The position numbers were made by a program, and so were the translations under genes. The notes beneath the pieces are model-generated. The model made no database searches and was not told the origin of the DNA. It worked only from the letters and a program-made list of their open reading frames with translations. This document shows positions 24,126 through 37,340 of a DNA stretch of 64,000 nucleotides, piece by piece. Every line of letters starts with the position of its first letter. Positions within the stretch are counted from its first letter, which is position 1. Source of the DNA: Felis catus (taxonomy: Eukaryota); NCBI RefSeq assembly GCF_018350175.1, contig NC_058378.1:35588001-35652000 (forward strand). Direction: 5' to 3'.

Positions 24126-24338
24126 GGTGTCTGGGTGGCACAATCAGTTAAGTGTCCGACTCTTGCTTTCAGCTCGGGTCGTGATCTCAGAGTTCACGGG
24201 TTCGAGTGAGCCTGCATTGGGCTCCGTGCTGATGGTGCAGAGCCTGCTTGGGATTCTCTCTCTCCCTCTCTCTCTGCCCCTCCCCTGCTTGCTCTCTTTC
24301 TCTGTCTCTCTCAAAATAAACTTTAAAAAAAAAAAAAA
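24126..24338 (+). mobile_element. Can-SINE
   Basis: TSD AAAGGAAGATTT. Confidence 0.88.
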
Positions 24339-24910
24339 GGAAAGGAAGATTTGACAGCAGCAGGCCCCTTGTGCAGCCTGGCAGGTTAGCTGGCTCTGTG
24401 TGATGCCTGCCCCCCTGGGTCATGTGCTCTTGTCCTGGTCTCCACTCTCCCTGCTGCCTCAGACCTGACACATTTCACTCATATTTCACATTGGTCTTCT
24501 GTCCTGCTGGCACATGAACTGTGACCTCGGATTTAATACACTCCCCGGAGGCCCGGAAGGAAGGGATATCTGTGCAGGACACATAGCCAGTAAGGGGTCT
24601 TTATTTCTCTTTCTCTCTTCCTGAGTACTTCATAGGCATCCTGGAGAGAAAACCCTCTTTTGGGGTCCACACCAGGAGCCCAGTCTCTGCCACCCACTTC
24701 TACTGGCTCAGACCGGGGTCCTCTCCCTCGAGGCAAAGCTATTCGTGTCCTGGCTGAAACTCAGAATGCCATTGGCATCGTTGCCCTGAGAACACAATCA
24801 CCTTCAGGGGAAAAACCAAACTGAGATGAAGCTTTGGGAGATGTTATGGGAACGTAGGTCCCTGAGCTATGTATGGAATCCCCCTAGATAGGTAAAAAAC
24901 TAACTGCCGA

Positions 24911-25138
24911 TTCTTATATAGCACTTGCTGTGTGTCAGCTACTTTTTGTAACTTCATATTGACTCACTTAGTCCACATTAACCCTGTGAGAGGGAAGGTG
25001 TAATTTTTATCTCTGTCTTACAGATGAGGAAACTGAAGCACAGAGAGGTTAAGCAACTTGCCCAAAGTTGCACAGCTTATAAGCGATAGAGTTGGGATTT
25101 GATCCTAAGGTTTCAGGGCTTACAGTTCTTAATCACTG
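24911..25138 (-). mobile_element. MIR
   Basis: Core ACAGATGAGGAAACTGAAGCACAGAGAGGTTAAGCAACTTGCCCAA. Further MIRs at ~25665-25770, 26870-27010, 39260-39640, 45850-46060, 56450-56640, 58870-59080 and 59900-60090. Confidence 0.85.
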
Positions 25139-27480
25139 AAGTGTCCTAGAGGAAATGCCTACTGAGGTGGCTGCTTTTCCTGTAACGTCTCATTTCACCC
25201 TCAGACTTGCCCAACAAGGTAGGGTTGGGTTTGGCTGGGAGTGACAGAAAAATCCAAAAGAATAGCAACTTAAGCAAGAGAGAGTTTGATCTCTATTTTA
25301 TAGAGATGGAGGTGATAAGGAGGCTCCAGGGCCAACATGGACTCAGGCTTGTACTATGTTGTGCTGCCATCCTCATCATGTGGCTTCTCCTCCCTGAGCA
25401 AGATGGCTGCGTGAGCTCCAGCCATCACACCTTCATCCTAGTTTTCAGCAAAACAAAAGAGACAAAACAGGACTCTCCCCTTTCCTTTGAGGACACCTCC
25501 TGAAAGTTTCACTGGATCCTTCTACTTGCATTCCTTTGATCAGCACTTAGTCATATGGCCACACTTCAGTCTAGAAATAGCCTTTATTCTAGAGCATTAT
25601 ATGCTCAGAGAAAAATCAGTTCTATAGTTAAACTTAAGTGGGAGAATGGATACTGGGAACATTTAGCTGCATTTTACAGATAAAGAAACTGAGACTCAGA
25701 GAGGCAAACAGCCTCCTGGAGGTCACACAGCCAGGAAGAGGTGAAGTCTGGATCTTCTGTCCCTGGGCCCTGTGGAGCAGATGGGGCTCCAAAAACACAC
25801 TCTGCCAATTTCCTGGGGGAGGAGGGGAGTGGTGGATGTGTGCATTATCCACTTCCTAGGCCCCAGAAACGCCCAGGGCCCAGGGCCTGCTAGTCAGACA
25901 CTCCCTTGTGCCCGGCAGCTTCTCTGGGCCCAGATCCATCATCCTGGCACCAACCATGCCCCGGGCCTGACTCCATCCATCCCACTAATGCCGGCATCGA
26001 CTGTGCTCGGGCACGTTCCTGAGGCGGCCTCAAGAGCGCTGAATAATTCAGGTCTGCGTAATGGGATAATGAATTTACTGACAACCCAGTGTGGTCTCGG
26101 TACTTACATTTCAAGAAATACTGACTCCCCAGGCCTGCTCAGCAGGCTGGAGATGTACACATGCCAAGAAACTGTTGCCTCTGCCAGCCTCGTGGGGTTC
26201 AAGACTGATTGAGTGGAGACCCTGCTTTGCTCTCACTGATCCTTCCACTGCCCGGGCAAGTGGCCGGTCTGGGAGCTGGAAAGGAGTCTGGCAGTCCCTT
26301 GGTCCTGCATGCCCATTTTACGAACAGGGAAACTGACGTTGCAGAGGGGACAGGCCTGTTCTCTGGTACACCGTGCTCTGTGGCTGGGATTGCCAGCAAT
26401 GGCTTAGGGCTCTGGGAGGACACTTGCTTGTTTAGCTTCTAACCTGCTGGTGTGTGCATTCCCCCAGCTGCCGGAGAGCTGCTGCTAGTGGCTCACAGCT
26501 GCCCCTTCACCGGAGGGAGGAGAGCTGCCCCACCCCGAAGGCCGCACCAGCTGGGCGGGCTGCGGCCAGTGGCTGGCGGATGTGGTGGTACAACAGGCGC
26601 CCCCAGACCTCAAGGTAGGACTAACTCTGTGATGCTGATCATGCTCCAGGACCCTCAGTGGGAACAGGCTGCGGCTAGACTTAGCTTTTACCTTCCCCTG
26701 TTATGTGTGCCCTCACTCCCTTTCTCAGAGCCTCTCCCAGTGAACCATCTGAAGAGGGATCCCCGATTCAGGCTCTGCTTCTGGGGAGCCCACCTAAGAC
26801 ACCTGCGTTTCCTGGTCTAAGCCCTCCTTTCTGAGGACTTGCCCCAGAATGCTAAGAGGGGATCAGAGCCAGGAATCCTTATTCCTGATCCTGGCTCTGC
26901 TGTGTGACCATGAGGAAATCACTTCTCTGCCCTGGGCCTCAGTTTCCCCATTTGTATGGTTGGGGTTGGGGGAGACTATCTCTGGTCCCTTCCAGCTCTG
27001 AAGGTCTATGATATGACCTGAGACGCCAAGAAGCCTTCTCCTGCCCTACCTAGCCTCACATGTGCGTGGAGCCCTACCATTGGGGTGTCACCATTTTTCT
27101 CTGAACCTTTAAGATGCAAAAGTATCTTGAGAATGAGTTTCTCATTGGGAGATCATGCTGTAGGGCAGAATCTTTTAAGGTGGGATCCTTGATCATCTGC
27201 ACTAGGATCCATTGTCTGAAGGGGTGTTGTATTATTAATATCCTCCCTCCCGCCCCACTTTTTAAATGTGGTGCATGATGTCTGGAGTGGCAGCAGCTAA
27301 CGTTCAACCATGAGGAGCAGTATGAAATGCCAACGACAAGGTAAGGACAGTGAACAGAAATGTAGAAAGAAACTTGTTTTTGATGGAATTTCTGAATCAT
27401 TGCACAAAACCTGAAAACACCTACCTCTCAGATCTCAGTGTTTGAAAGAATTAACTATCTTTATTGCTCAAGGAAGTCTT

Positions 27481-27685
27481 TTTTTAAAAAAAATGTTTAA
27501 TGTTTATTTATTTTTGAGAGGGGGTTGAGGAGGGGCAGAGAGAGAGGGAGACACAGAATCTGAAGCAGGCTCCAGGCTCTGAGCTGTCAGCACAGAGCCC
27601 AATGAGGGGCTCGAACTTATGAGCCATGAGATCAGGACCTGAGTCGAAGTCAGACGCTCAACTGACTGAGCCACCCAGGCGCCCC
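27481..27685 (-). mobile_element. Can-SINE inserted in an MLT1-like fragment
   Basis: TSD CTCAAGGAAGTCTT. Confidence 0.9.
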
Positions 27686-29394
27686 ACTCAAGGAAGTCTT
27701 GGTTGACTTTTCTGTTATTTGTAGCCCAAAGCATTCTAAAGAAATCAACACTAAATTGTTATAACAGTCCTTTAAATTAGGGGTTACTATTAGCTCAGAG
27801 AGGTTAAGTGACATAACAGAGGTCACATAGGTTTCAAGTGGTAGCACTCTTTTGGGCTGGAGCTTTCAGGTTGGGAGGAACTTTGATTATTGATAAACAC
27901 TTAATTCCTGTCTCCTCGGCTGTATGTGTCCTACTGTAGCCTGACCACTGGGAATGATCTATCTCCCTTACCATTCTGGTCTTTAGTCGTTCCTTCCCCC
28001 ACCCAACCCACCTTGGGTCTCAGCTTAAAGACCTGAGAAAGGTCCCTTGGCGGGTGGGGGAAGGAGGCAGCAGATAGCCCACTGTTCATTCCTCCCTGCA
28101 GTTTTCCTAACAAGTGTGGCCAGATTCTGGTACGAAAGACTGAATAGAAGGTCAAATCCATCTTGGAGATAATTCTAGCTTCTAAACAGCCCTAGACCCT
28201 TGTGGGGGATTACAGCAAAGGAGAGAGAGAAGGAGCCTAGAGACAGATAGACAGATGGACAGAGGTAGGGAAGAAGAGGAAGAGAGAGGGAGAGGTAAAG
28301 AGGAGGAGGGTAGGAGGAAGCGAGAAGTGAAGGATCTAGTTTTAGAGAACGATGTTCAGACAAACATGACAATGAATCTCAGCTCAGGCACAGACCCAGC
28401 TTCGGCTTCTTCATCGTGTGATTGAGTAGACTAGTAAGGGGGTTGGCAGGGACAGAGGGCGCAGGGCTGAACTGTAGCAGATACTCAACAAATGGGCTGC
28501 CCTGCACACACTGGTCTGATGGTCTTGGTTGCTGCTCTGAGGGTGGAGGCAGCATCGGAGAGGAGGAGGATGTGACCTTGGACAAACCTTTGTTCAGCCT
28601 CCTCCGGAGATCTGAGGCCTGGTGGGAAAAAGGGAGTGCGCTCACGTGTGTGTGTGTGTGTTTGTCTGTGTGCGTGTGTACACCCCCCGTCCCCTCACTG
28701 TCCCAGATTAGGCGCTTCCAGGTGATGAGACACCTGGATGTTGCCCTTCACAGAAAAGTGGCCTTGGCAGACTAACAACATAGCCAGAGATGCTTTCATC
28801 TTCTTATCAGCGGAATGGGCTGGGGGAGGGGTAGGGAGCAGATTTGTAAAGACTCAGTACAAAGGAGAGAATTGGGGAGCCACAGGAGGGGTTACATGGG
28901 GGGAGTAGCTGCACCAGACCCTAAGACTGAGATGCCAAACCTTGGGGCTTATAGTATGTGTGGGAGTCTCTCTGAGGGGCCTGCTGTCTGCCCCAGAGCA
29001 GTGGGGAAGGAGGGACAGAAATGAACAGAAAAGGAAGGGTCTCTGTCAGGCACTTAAGGACCTAAGTTTGCCCTCCACCTCTTTGGTTGGTGGGAGAGAG
29101 GAGCCTGGACTGACCTTTGGTTATCTGGGCAGAGTCTGGATGTGCAGGGCCTGGCTCAATTGAGTGAGTGAGCCTAGGGTTTCATTGGGCTTGGGGGCTG
29201 TAGTGAGAATGGAAGGGGGACAGGATTCCTGCATCAGCTGGGAGGCTCAGTGCAGGGGGAGGAGGGAAGTGGCTCCTCTCCTTGCTCCCTGGCTAACTCC
29301 TCATGCCTAGGAATTCAGGCAGGCAGACGTTACTGTCTCTAGGGAGCCTTCCCCCATCCCTCAGGTCAGATGTCCCCTGACTGAGCTGGTGTGC

Positions 29395-30358
29395 AGATTT
29401 GAAAACATGTCTGTGAATACTTACACGCTCCTCTCATCAGGATGTAGAGTTCATGCCCCTTGCTTGGACATAGGGGGGGGCTCTATGAATAGAACATAGC
29501 AGAAGTGATGCTCTATGACTTCCAAGGCTGGTTAGAAAAGGCCTGCTAGCTTCTCCCAGATTCTCTCTTGGAAACTTGCTCTGGGAACTGTCAGCTGCCC
29601 TGTAAGAAGTCCATCCCCCCGAGGCTGCCAGGTGAGAGAAATGGGAGAGAGAAATGCCCGGGGGCCTCAATGCATCCAGCCCCAGCTGTTCAAGTCTTCC
29701 CAGCCCAGGTGTCAGACATGTGCCTGAGGAGCCTTTGAGATGAGCGATCACAGCCCCAGCCACCAATGCAGGACAGACCCAGAGTGGGAGCGGCCTGGGG
29801 TCCAGGCAGCCTTTAGATTCATGCTCAGAATAAAGGATCATGTATGAATTTGCTAGGGCTGCCTAGGTTACAAATGACCACAAACTAGGTACAAAGCCAG
29901 AAATTTACTCTCTCACAGTTTTGGGGGCTAGAGTCCCAAATCAAGGTGTTGGCAGCATTGGTTCCCAGTGCTCTGAGGGAGAATCTGTTCCATGCCTCTC
30001 TCCTAGCTCTGGTGATTGTAAGCAAAGCTTGGCATTCCTTGGCTTATAGATACATCACTCCAATCTCTGCCTCCATCTTTGTGTTGGGTTCCTCCTGTGT
30101 CTCTGTGCCCAGATTTCCCACTTTCTATAAGGACACCAGTTATATTGGATTAGCGACCCACCTTATCTCAGTACGATGTCATCTTAACTAGTTACATGTG
30201 CAATGATGCTATTTCTCAAAGAAGATCACATGCTGAAATATTGAGGGTTAGGACTTCAACATATCTTTGTTGGGGACATAATTCAACCAATAGCATGTAG
30301 TTGTTTTAAGCCACTGTTTTGGAGTGATATGTTATACAGCAGTAGTGACTCAGAACAC
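29395..30358 (+). mobile_element. MLT1F/G-like LTR with a nested opposite-strand MLT1B/C-like LTR (29841-30295)
   Basis: Outer LTR resumes at ~30297 (TTGTTTTAAGCCACTG...). Inner LTR is bounded by TGTATGAATTTGCTAGGGCTGCC and AATTCAACCAATAGCA. Confidence 0.7.
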
Positions 30359-30592
30359 CAGAATTAAGGGATGACTAGGGAAGCAATTGAAACATCAGTA
30401 GAAATGCAAGGAGATGGAAAAATTTACCAGACCATCCCTCCAAGAGGTATATGGTTAGAGTAATTGATTTTCTAAGTAGATTGGGGTTGGGGTGGGGCTA
30501 GATCCTCTCCCCAAAAGATGCATGTCCCAGTAACAATATGGGCTTGAATAATAATAGCTTCCTTTATGCCTTCTAATGCAGGAAAAGAGCTT

Positions 30593-30841
30593 TTTTTTAA
30601 AAAAAAAGTTTATTTATTTTTGAAAGAAAGAGAGAGAGAGAGACAGAGAGAGACAGAGAGAGAGGGAGAGAGAGAGAGCACCCAAGTGGGGGAGGGACAG
30701 AGAGAGAGGGAGACAGAGGATCTGGAAGAGGGCTTTGTGCTGACAGTAGAGAGCCCATTGTGGGTGTCAAACTCATGAGCCATGAGATCATGACCTGAGC
30801 CAAAGTAGAACACTTAACCAACTTAGCCATCCAGGAGCCCC
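30593..30841 (-). mobile_element. Can-SINE
   Basis: TSD AAAGAGCTT. Confidence 0.9.
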
Positions 30842-31246
30842 AAAGAGCTTGAGTTTTTATTTAAGCTAGCCCGTTAAATAAGTATTGAATATTTACATAA
30901 AGAGATCAACTTGATTATTAGAGTATTTCTGCACTTTATGTATCTCATCATGGTCTTGTTTACGAATGCCTCCCCCATCAGAGCACACTGATTAATGGGG
31001 GGTGGGGTGGGTGCAGATGTCTGGTTAAGTGTTTGGCTTCTCAACAGACCATAAGAAACTCTGAGGGCAGGGACAATCTCTGTCTCATTCTCCCAGTCCC
31101 CAGCACAGTTCTAGGCACATAATAGGTGCTTAATAGCTATGTTCTGAAAACATGGGTATTGGAAAAGGAACAAAGGTATTTAAAAACCTATAAGATGATG
31201 ATGATTAAAGGCATACAAATATGTCAGCTACAAAATATCTAATGAT

Positions 31247-31753
31247 GGGGCTTCTGGGTGGCTCAGTCGGTTAGGTGTCTGACTCCTGATTCTGGCTCAG
31301 GTCATGATCTCACGGTTCATGAGATTGAGCCCTAAGTTGGGCTCTGTGTGGATGGGGCAGAGCCTGCTTGATTTTCCCTCTTTCTCTGCCCCTCCCCCAC
31401 TCACACTCCCTCTGTCTCTCTCAGAAATAAATAAATAAGCTTAAAAAATTTTTAATGATGCTAGAAATATGTTTTTAAATTTTCTTCAGTTAACAAAAAG
31501 GCCTCTAAGAAAATAATGGAATTTTGGGGCTCCTGGGTGGCTCAGTTGGGTAAGTGTCAGACTTCAGCTCAAGTCATTTTCTCACGGCTGATGGGTTCAA
31601 ACCCTACATCAGGCTCTGTGCTGACAGCTCAGATCCTGGAGCCTCCTTTGGATTCTGTATCTCCCTCTCTCTCTGTGCCCCTTCCCCACTCATACTCTGT
31701 CTCTCCATCTCTTAAAAAAGAAATAAACATTTAAAAAATTAAAAAAATATATA
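31247..31753 (+). mobile_element. Two tandem Can-SINEs (31247-31452, 31526-31753)
   Basis: TSDs TAATGATG and AAATAAKGGAATTTT. Confidence 0.9.
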
Positions 31754-31949
31754 AAATAAGGGAATTTTGAGAGGCCAGGAACAAATTGGGAACATGAGCC
31801 CAGGGAAGAGAGTGAGTGCTGAAATTTCTATGTCCCCAGGGATACCTACCTTGCTGGGCAGCTGACAACTCCACACCCTGAGCTTCTGTGGCACAAAAAA
31901 GAAGCAAGGGATTATGAAAATGACCAGAAATGTTTGCAAAACAGAGGTT

Positions 31950-32836
31950 CTAGAAATGTAAGTGTATCACATTTGAAATGAGAAACTCAGTGGATCAGAT
32001 AAATGGAATAGACACAGCTGGAGAGAGGATTAGTACACTGGAAGACAGGTCTGAAAGCACTACACATAATTCAGCACAGAAAGAAAAATGAAAAATTTGG
32101 AGAAGAGACATGGAAGACAAAATAAGAAGCTCTAATATATGTCTAATCAGACTTTTGGAAAGCAATTATAGGAATAATGGGAGAGAGGCACTGTTCAAAG
32201 AGATAGTAGCTGAGAATTTTCCATGATATTAAAAAACAGGAACTTTCAAATTCAAGAATTCCAGTGAATCCAAAACATGGTAAATAAAAATAAGTCCATA
32301 CATAGATACATGATAGTCAAACTGAGGAATGCCAAGGAGAAGATCTTTAAAATAACAGAAAAGTTTTTATTGTTCACAACTTCTATAATTAGAAGAAATT
32401 AGACTGTAATGGCTGATGAGTTTACAATAGTATCAATAGTAACAGTGAAAGAAGACTAGTAGCTTTAAAGAGGTTTAAAGAAGTCATACTGGGGCACCTG
32501 GGTGGCTCAGTTAGTTAATCATCCAACTTCAGCTCAGGTCATGATCTCATGGTTCGTGAGTTTGAGCCCCACGTGGGTGAGTTTGAGCCCTGCCTTGGGT
32601 GAGCACAAGCCCTGCTTTGGGTGAGCTGGAGCCACACTTGGGGTGAACCCCACTTCTCTCTCTCACCCTCTCTTTCTGCCCCTCATGGGATTCCCCCTCT
32701 CTTCTTTTCTTTGCCCTTCACTCACTTGCACCCTCTTTCTCTCACAAATAAAAAATATATATATATAAAAATAAAAAAGTCATACCATCCCAAGACTCAT
32801 CCTCAATAAGACTGAAATAATTTTATTTTTAATTTT

Positions 32837-32882
<46 letters not shown>

Positions 32883-34370
32883 ATGAGTGGGGGAGTGGGA
32901 GAGGGAGAGAGAATCCTAAGCAGGCTCCATGCACAGCATGAGCCCAACACAGGGCTTGATCCCATGACCCTGGGATCATGACCTGAGCTGAAATCAAGAG
33001 TCAGATGCTCAACTGACTGAGCCACCCAGACATCTCCTGAAATAATTTTTTTAAGAGATAACTTATCTTGAATGCCTGAGTGTCTCAGTTGCTCCAACTC
33101 TTGATTTCAGCTCAGGTCATGATCTCAAGTTTCATCAGCCCAGTATTGGGCTCTGCACTGACAGCATGGAGCCTGCTTGGCATTCTCTCTCTCTGCCCCT
33201 TCCCCCGCTTGCATTTTCTTTCTCTCTCTCAAAAATAAATTAACATTTGTATTTATTAAACATTTAAAAATGTTTATTTATTTATTTTGAGAGAGAGAGA
33301 GAGACAGAGAGAGAGAGACAGAGTGTGAGTGAGAGAGGGGCAGAGAGAGAGAGGGAGACACAGAATCTGAAGCAGGCTCCAGGCTCTGAGCTGTCAGCAC
33401 AGAGCCTGATGCAGGGCTCAAACTCACAAACTGTGAGATCATGACCTGAGCCGAAGTCTGACACCCAGCTGAGCCACCCAGGCACCCCATATAAATAAAT
33501 AAACATTTTTTTAAAAAAGGTATCATATCTTTTAAGAATAAGTGTATATCCTAAGTATATACTCATACACTAAAGAGAATTGAAAAAATACTGTTTTGGG
33601 TGATGAAATGTTCAGGAATTAGATTGTATGATGTTTGTAAGACTGTATAAGTATAGTAAAACTGTTGAATTGTATACTTTCAAAGGGCCAATTTTATAGT
33701 ATGTGAATCATCTCAATAAGAATGCAAAAAATAGGAATAAGGGTGGAAGACATTTTCATTTATACTAAAACTGAGAGAATTTGTAAATAACAGATCCCTC
33801 CCCTCCATTAGAGGGATTTCTGAAGGAGGAACTTGAGAAGAAAAATGATCTCAGGAAGAAGGTCTGAGATACAAGAAGAAACAATGAATTAAGAAAATAA
33901 TAAAAATATGGGTAAATTTAAACAAACACACTGATTGTCCAAAACAATGTCTATTCTATGGGGTTAAACAAGAGAAGGAGTTAAAGCCCAGGACTCAATA
34001 AATGGAATTAAAACTTTTAAAGTATTTTTCGTTGTTTGGGAGAAGGGTAAATATTGATTCACTTTAGATTATGTTAAGTTAGGTAATCATTTCAAAATGC
34101 CAAATCACCAGTAAAGAAATAAGCCAGCAGCTGGCTGGCTCAGTCAGTGGAGAATGTGACTCTTGATCTTGGGGTTGTAAGTTCAAGTCCCACATTGGGT
34201 GGAGAGATTACTTAAAACTAAAATCTTGAAAAAAAAAGAAAGAAGAAGTAGAATGCCTATCATCCACACTACTAGGTGGAGAAAAACTGGGATGAGTAAA
34301 AAAAACCTCAGTCAATTCAAAGCATTGCAACAAAGAAGAAAAGAAATCCTTAGGAAGCAGGACAAATTAG

Positions 34371-34414
<44 letters not shown>

Positions 34415-35550
34415 TCATAGAAATAAAGCCAAATATATTTGTAATCTTTATAAATATATATAAATCTTTATAAATAAATATAATTGTAATATTACATAAA
34501 TCTTTATATATATAAATAGACTGAACTCTTCAGTTAATATGCATGGACTATCAGATTGGATTTTATTTTTATTTTTCTTATTTTTCTTATTTTTTATTTT
34601 TAAAGATAATTTTACTTTATTAAAAAATTTTTTATTAAATATTTTTATTTATTTTTGAGAGAGAGACAGAGTGTGAGCAGAGGAGGGGCAGAGAGAGAGA
34701 GAGGGAGACACAGAATCCTAAGCAGGCTCCAGACTCTGAACTGTCAGCACAGCACCCAATGTGGGGCTTGAACTCATGAACTGTGAGATCATGACCTGAG
34801 CTAAAGTCGGATGCTCAACTGACTGAGACACCCAGGTGCCCCCTGTTATTTTATTTTATTTTTTTGAGAGAGAGACAGAGTGTGTGCACAAGTGGCAGAA
34901 GGAGAGGGAGAGAGAGAATCTTAAGCAAGCTCCATGTTCAGCATGGAGCCTGATGCAGGACTCGGTCTCACTACTGTGAGATCATGACCTGAGCCAAAAT
35001 CAAGAGTCAGATGCTTGCCCAACTGAGCCACCCAGGTGTCCCTCAGACTGGGTTTTAAAAAGAATAGCCAAGGGGCGCCTGGGTGGCTCAGTGGGTTAAG
35101 CATCTGACTTCAGCTCAGGTCATGATCTCACGGTTTGTGAGTTTGGCCCTGCGTTGGGCTCTGTACTGACAGCTCGGAGCCTGTAGCCTGCTTTGAATTC
35201 TGTGTCTCCCTCTCTCTCTGCCCCTCCCCTGCTCATACTCTGTCTCTATCTTTCAAAAATAAATAAATGCTAAAAAAAAATTTAAAAAGAAAAGAATAGC
35301 CAAATTCTGCTTCTATGAGACACAACTAAAACATGAGGACAGATTTTTAAAAAAATTGTAAGTAAAACAGGAAAAGAAAACCAGAAAAATACTAACCAAA
35401 AGGAAATTAGCATAATTGTATTACTATCAGACAAAATAGATTTAAGGAAAAAAGGCTATGGAAGATATAGTGGTATTAAAGGTCAATATGTAAGGTTTAA
35501 ATTCATCAGGAGAAAATAGTAGTTCCAAATTCATAGATACCTAATAATAT
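31950..35550 (+). mobile_element. Degenerate L1 (ORF1/ORF2-junction region) peppered with Can-SINEs
   Basis: A-rich L1 ORF1-like text (GAGAGGATTAGTACACTGGAAGACAGG..., AGATAGTAGCTGAGAATTTTCCA) and ORF2 start (TATCAGACAAAATAGATTT). SINEs at 32491-32777(+), 32826-33036(-), 33067-33245(+), 33250-33488(-), 34127-34240(+), 34565-34843(-), 34845-35042(-), 35072-35292(+). Confidence 0.7.
34373..34412. repeat. (CA)n microsatellite
   Basis: About 20 units. Confidence 0.95.
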
Positions 35551-35552
35551 AA

Positions 35553-35881
35553 GTCCCTTTTCAGATACATAATTTGCAAACATTTTCTCCCATTCTGTGT
35601 TGTCTTTTCACTTTATTGATGGTGTTCTTAGAAGCACAAATATTGCAGTTTTGATGAAGTCTAGTTTAACTACTTTTTCTTTTACTATTCATGCTTTTGG
35701 GGTAATATCTAAAAATACTTTCNNNNNNNNNNNNNNNNNNNNNNNNNNNNNNNNNNNNNNNNNNNNNNNNNNNNNNNNNNNNNNNNNNNNNNNNNNNNNN
35801 NNNNNNNNNNNNNNNNNNNNNNNNNNNNNNNNNNNNNNNNNNNNNNNNNNNNNAATTCTTTTTTTAAAGTGATTTGTTTGT

Positions 35882-35916
<35 letters not shown>

Positions 35917-35998
35917 TTTTGAGAGAGAGACAGAGACAGAGAGTGAGAATACGAGCAGGGAAGGGGCAGAGAAAGAGAGGGAGAGAGAGGGAGAGAGA

Positions 35999-36053
<55 letters not shown>

Positions 36054-36550
36054 TACCAAGCAGGCTCTATACTGCCAGCATGGAGCCCGATATAGGGCTT
36101 AAACTCATGAACTGTTGAGATCATGACCTGAGCCAAAATCAAGAGTTGGATGCTTAACTGACTGAGCCACCAAGACGCCCCTCAGTTTCATTCTTTTGCA
36201 TGTGGATATCCAGTTGTCCTGGTATCACTTGTTGAAAAGACTATTCACTGAATGATCTTGACACTCTTATTGAAAGTCAGTTGGCCACAGATATATGGGT
36301 ATTTATGTACTCTCAATTCTAGTTTATTGATCTATATATCTATCTTTGTCTCAGTACTGTACTATCTTGATTACTGTTGCTTTGTGGCAAGTTTTGAAAT
36401 CAGGAAGTATGAGTCCTCCTACTCTGTTCTTTTTTTTCAATATTTTTTTTGGCTATTCCTGGCCACTTGTAATTCCATATGAATTTTAGAATTGGCTCAT
36501 CCATTTCTATAAAGAAATCAGCTGAGATTCTGGTAGGGACTGCATTGAAT
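35553..36550 (-). mobile_element. L1 ORF2 fragment (antisense) with a Can-SINE at 35855-36181
   Basis: TTTGCAAACATTTTCTCCCATTCTGT and TTTTGCATGTGGATATCCAGTTGTCC hallmarks. Confidence 0.8.
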
Positions 36551-36799
36551 CAGCACTCAAGTCTTCTGTCACTTTTCAGGGTGAGCACAGTTCCAATCAG
36601 CTGGTCCACTAGAGTAGGACCAAAGAACCTCCTAGCCAGGCTGGCTGGTGTGCCCTCACATATGTGTGTCCTTAATCACCCACATCAGTTTGGGTGTCAC
36701 TGGACTTCATGTGTATGGTAAGAGTGTAGGTGACTGAAACAGGAACCCAAACCTTTGAGAATCTTCCAAGGTTGTTGTTATGACTGTAGTAATGGATAA

Positions 36800-37340
36800 T
36801 CTTAGGTTGGGTCCCCTAAGAAGCAGACCTTGACATGAATATTTCAGTAAAAGTAGTTATGTGAGAGTTGGTCCTAGGAGGTGCTGAAAGGAGAGTGGGG
36901 AAATGAGCCAGGGAGGGGAAAGAAGTCAGGAGAATGTGCCTAAATGAGCAGGTTATTGATTTGGGCATCTGAGGCTCAATCTCTTTGGGAACCTCTGGGA
37001 GAGGATAGAGAATAGGGTTTCCCAGCCTCCACACTAATGACATTTTAGACTGGATTACTATTGGTTGGGGAGTGGGGGAGGTGCTGTCCTGTGCATTATA
37101 GGATGTTTGGTGGCCTCTTGGCCTCTACCAACTAGATGCAGATAGCAACCATTCAACCAAGATATCTGCAGACATTGCCAAATGTCTCCTGGGCCAAGAT
37201 CATGTCTGGTTGAGAACCATGGCTTTAGAACATGTCTCAGAATTGTTTTCCTCCCATCCAAGAGGGGAAGGAGCTGGGATATTTGCACACCAACTCCCAT
37301 TCATCATTGTTTTAGGCTTGCTCTTGGGGCCATCAAGTCC
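36800..37340 (-). mobile_element. LTR16-like ERVL LTR interrupted by a MER20-like element (~37014-37221)
   Basis: TCTTAGGTTGGGTCCCCTAAGAAGCAGACC end; MER20 core GCTGTCCTGTGCATTATAGGATGTTT...CAGACATTGCCAAATGTC...GGTTGAGAACCA. Confidence 0.65.

Noticed and set aside
32556-32654. Regularly spaced ~22-bp repeats as a CRISPR-like array
   Set aside because: No unique spacers, internal to a SINE, eukaryotic context, no cas genes.
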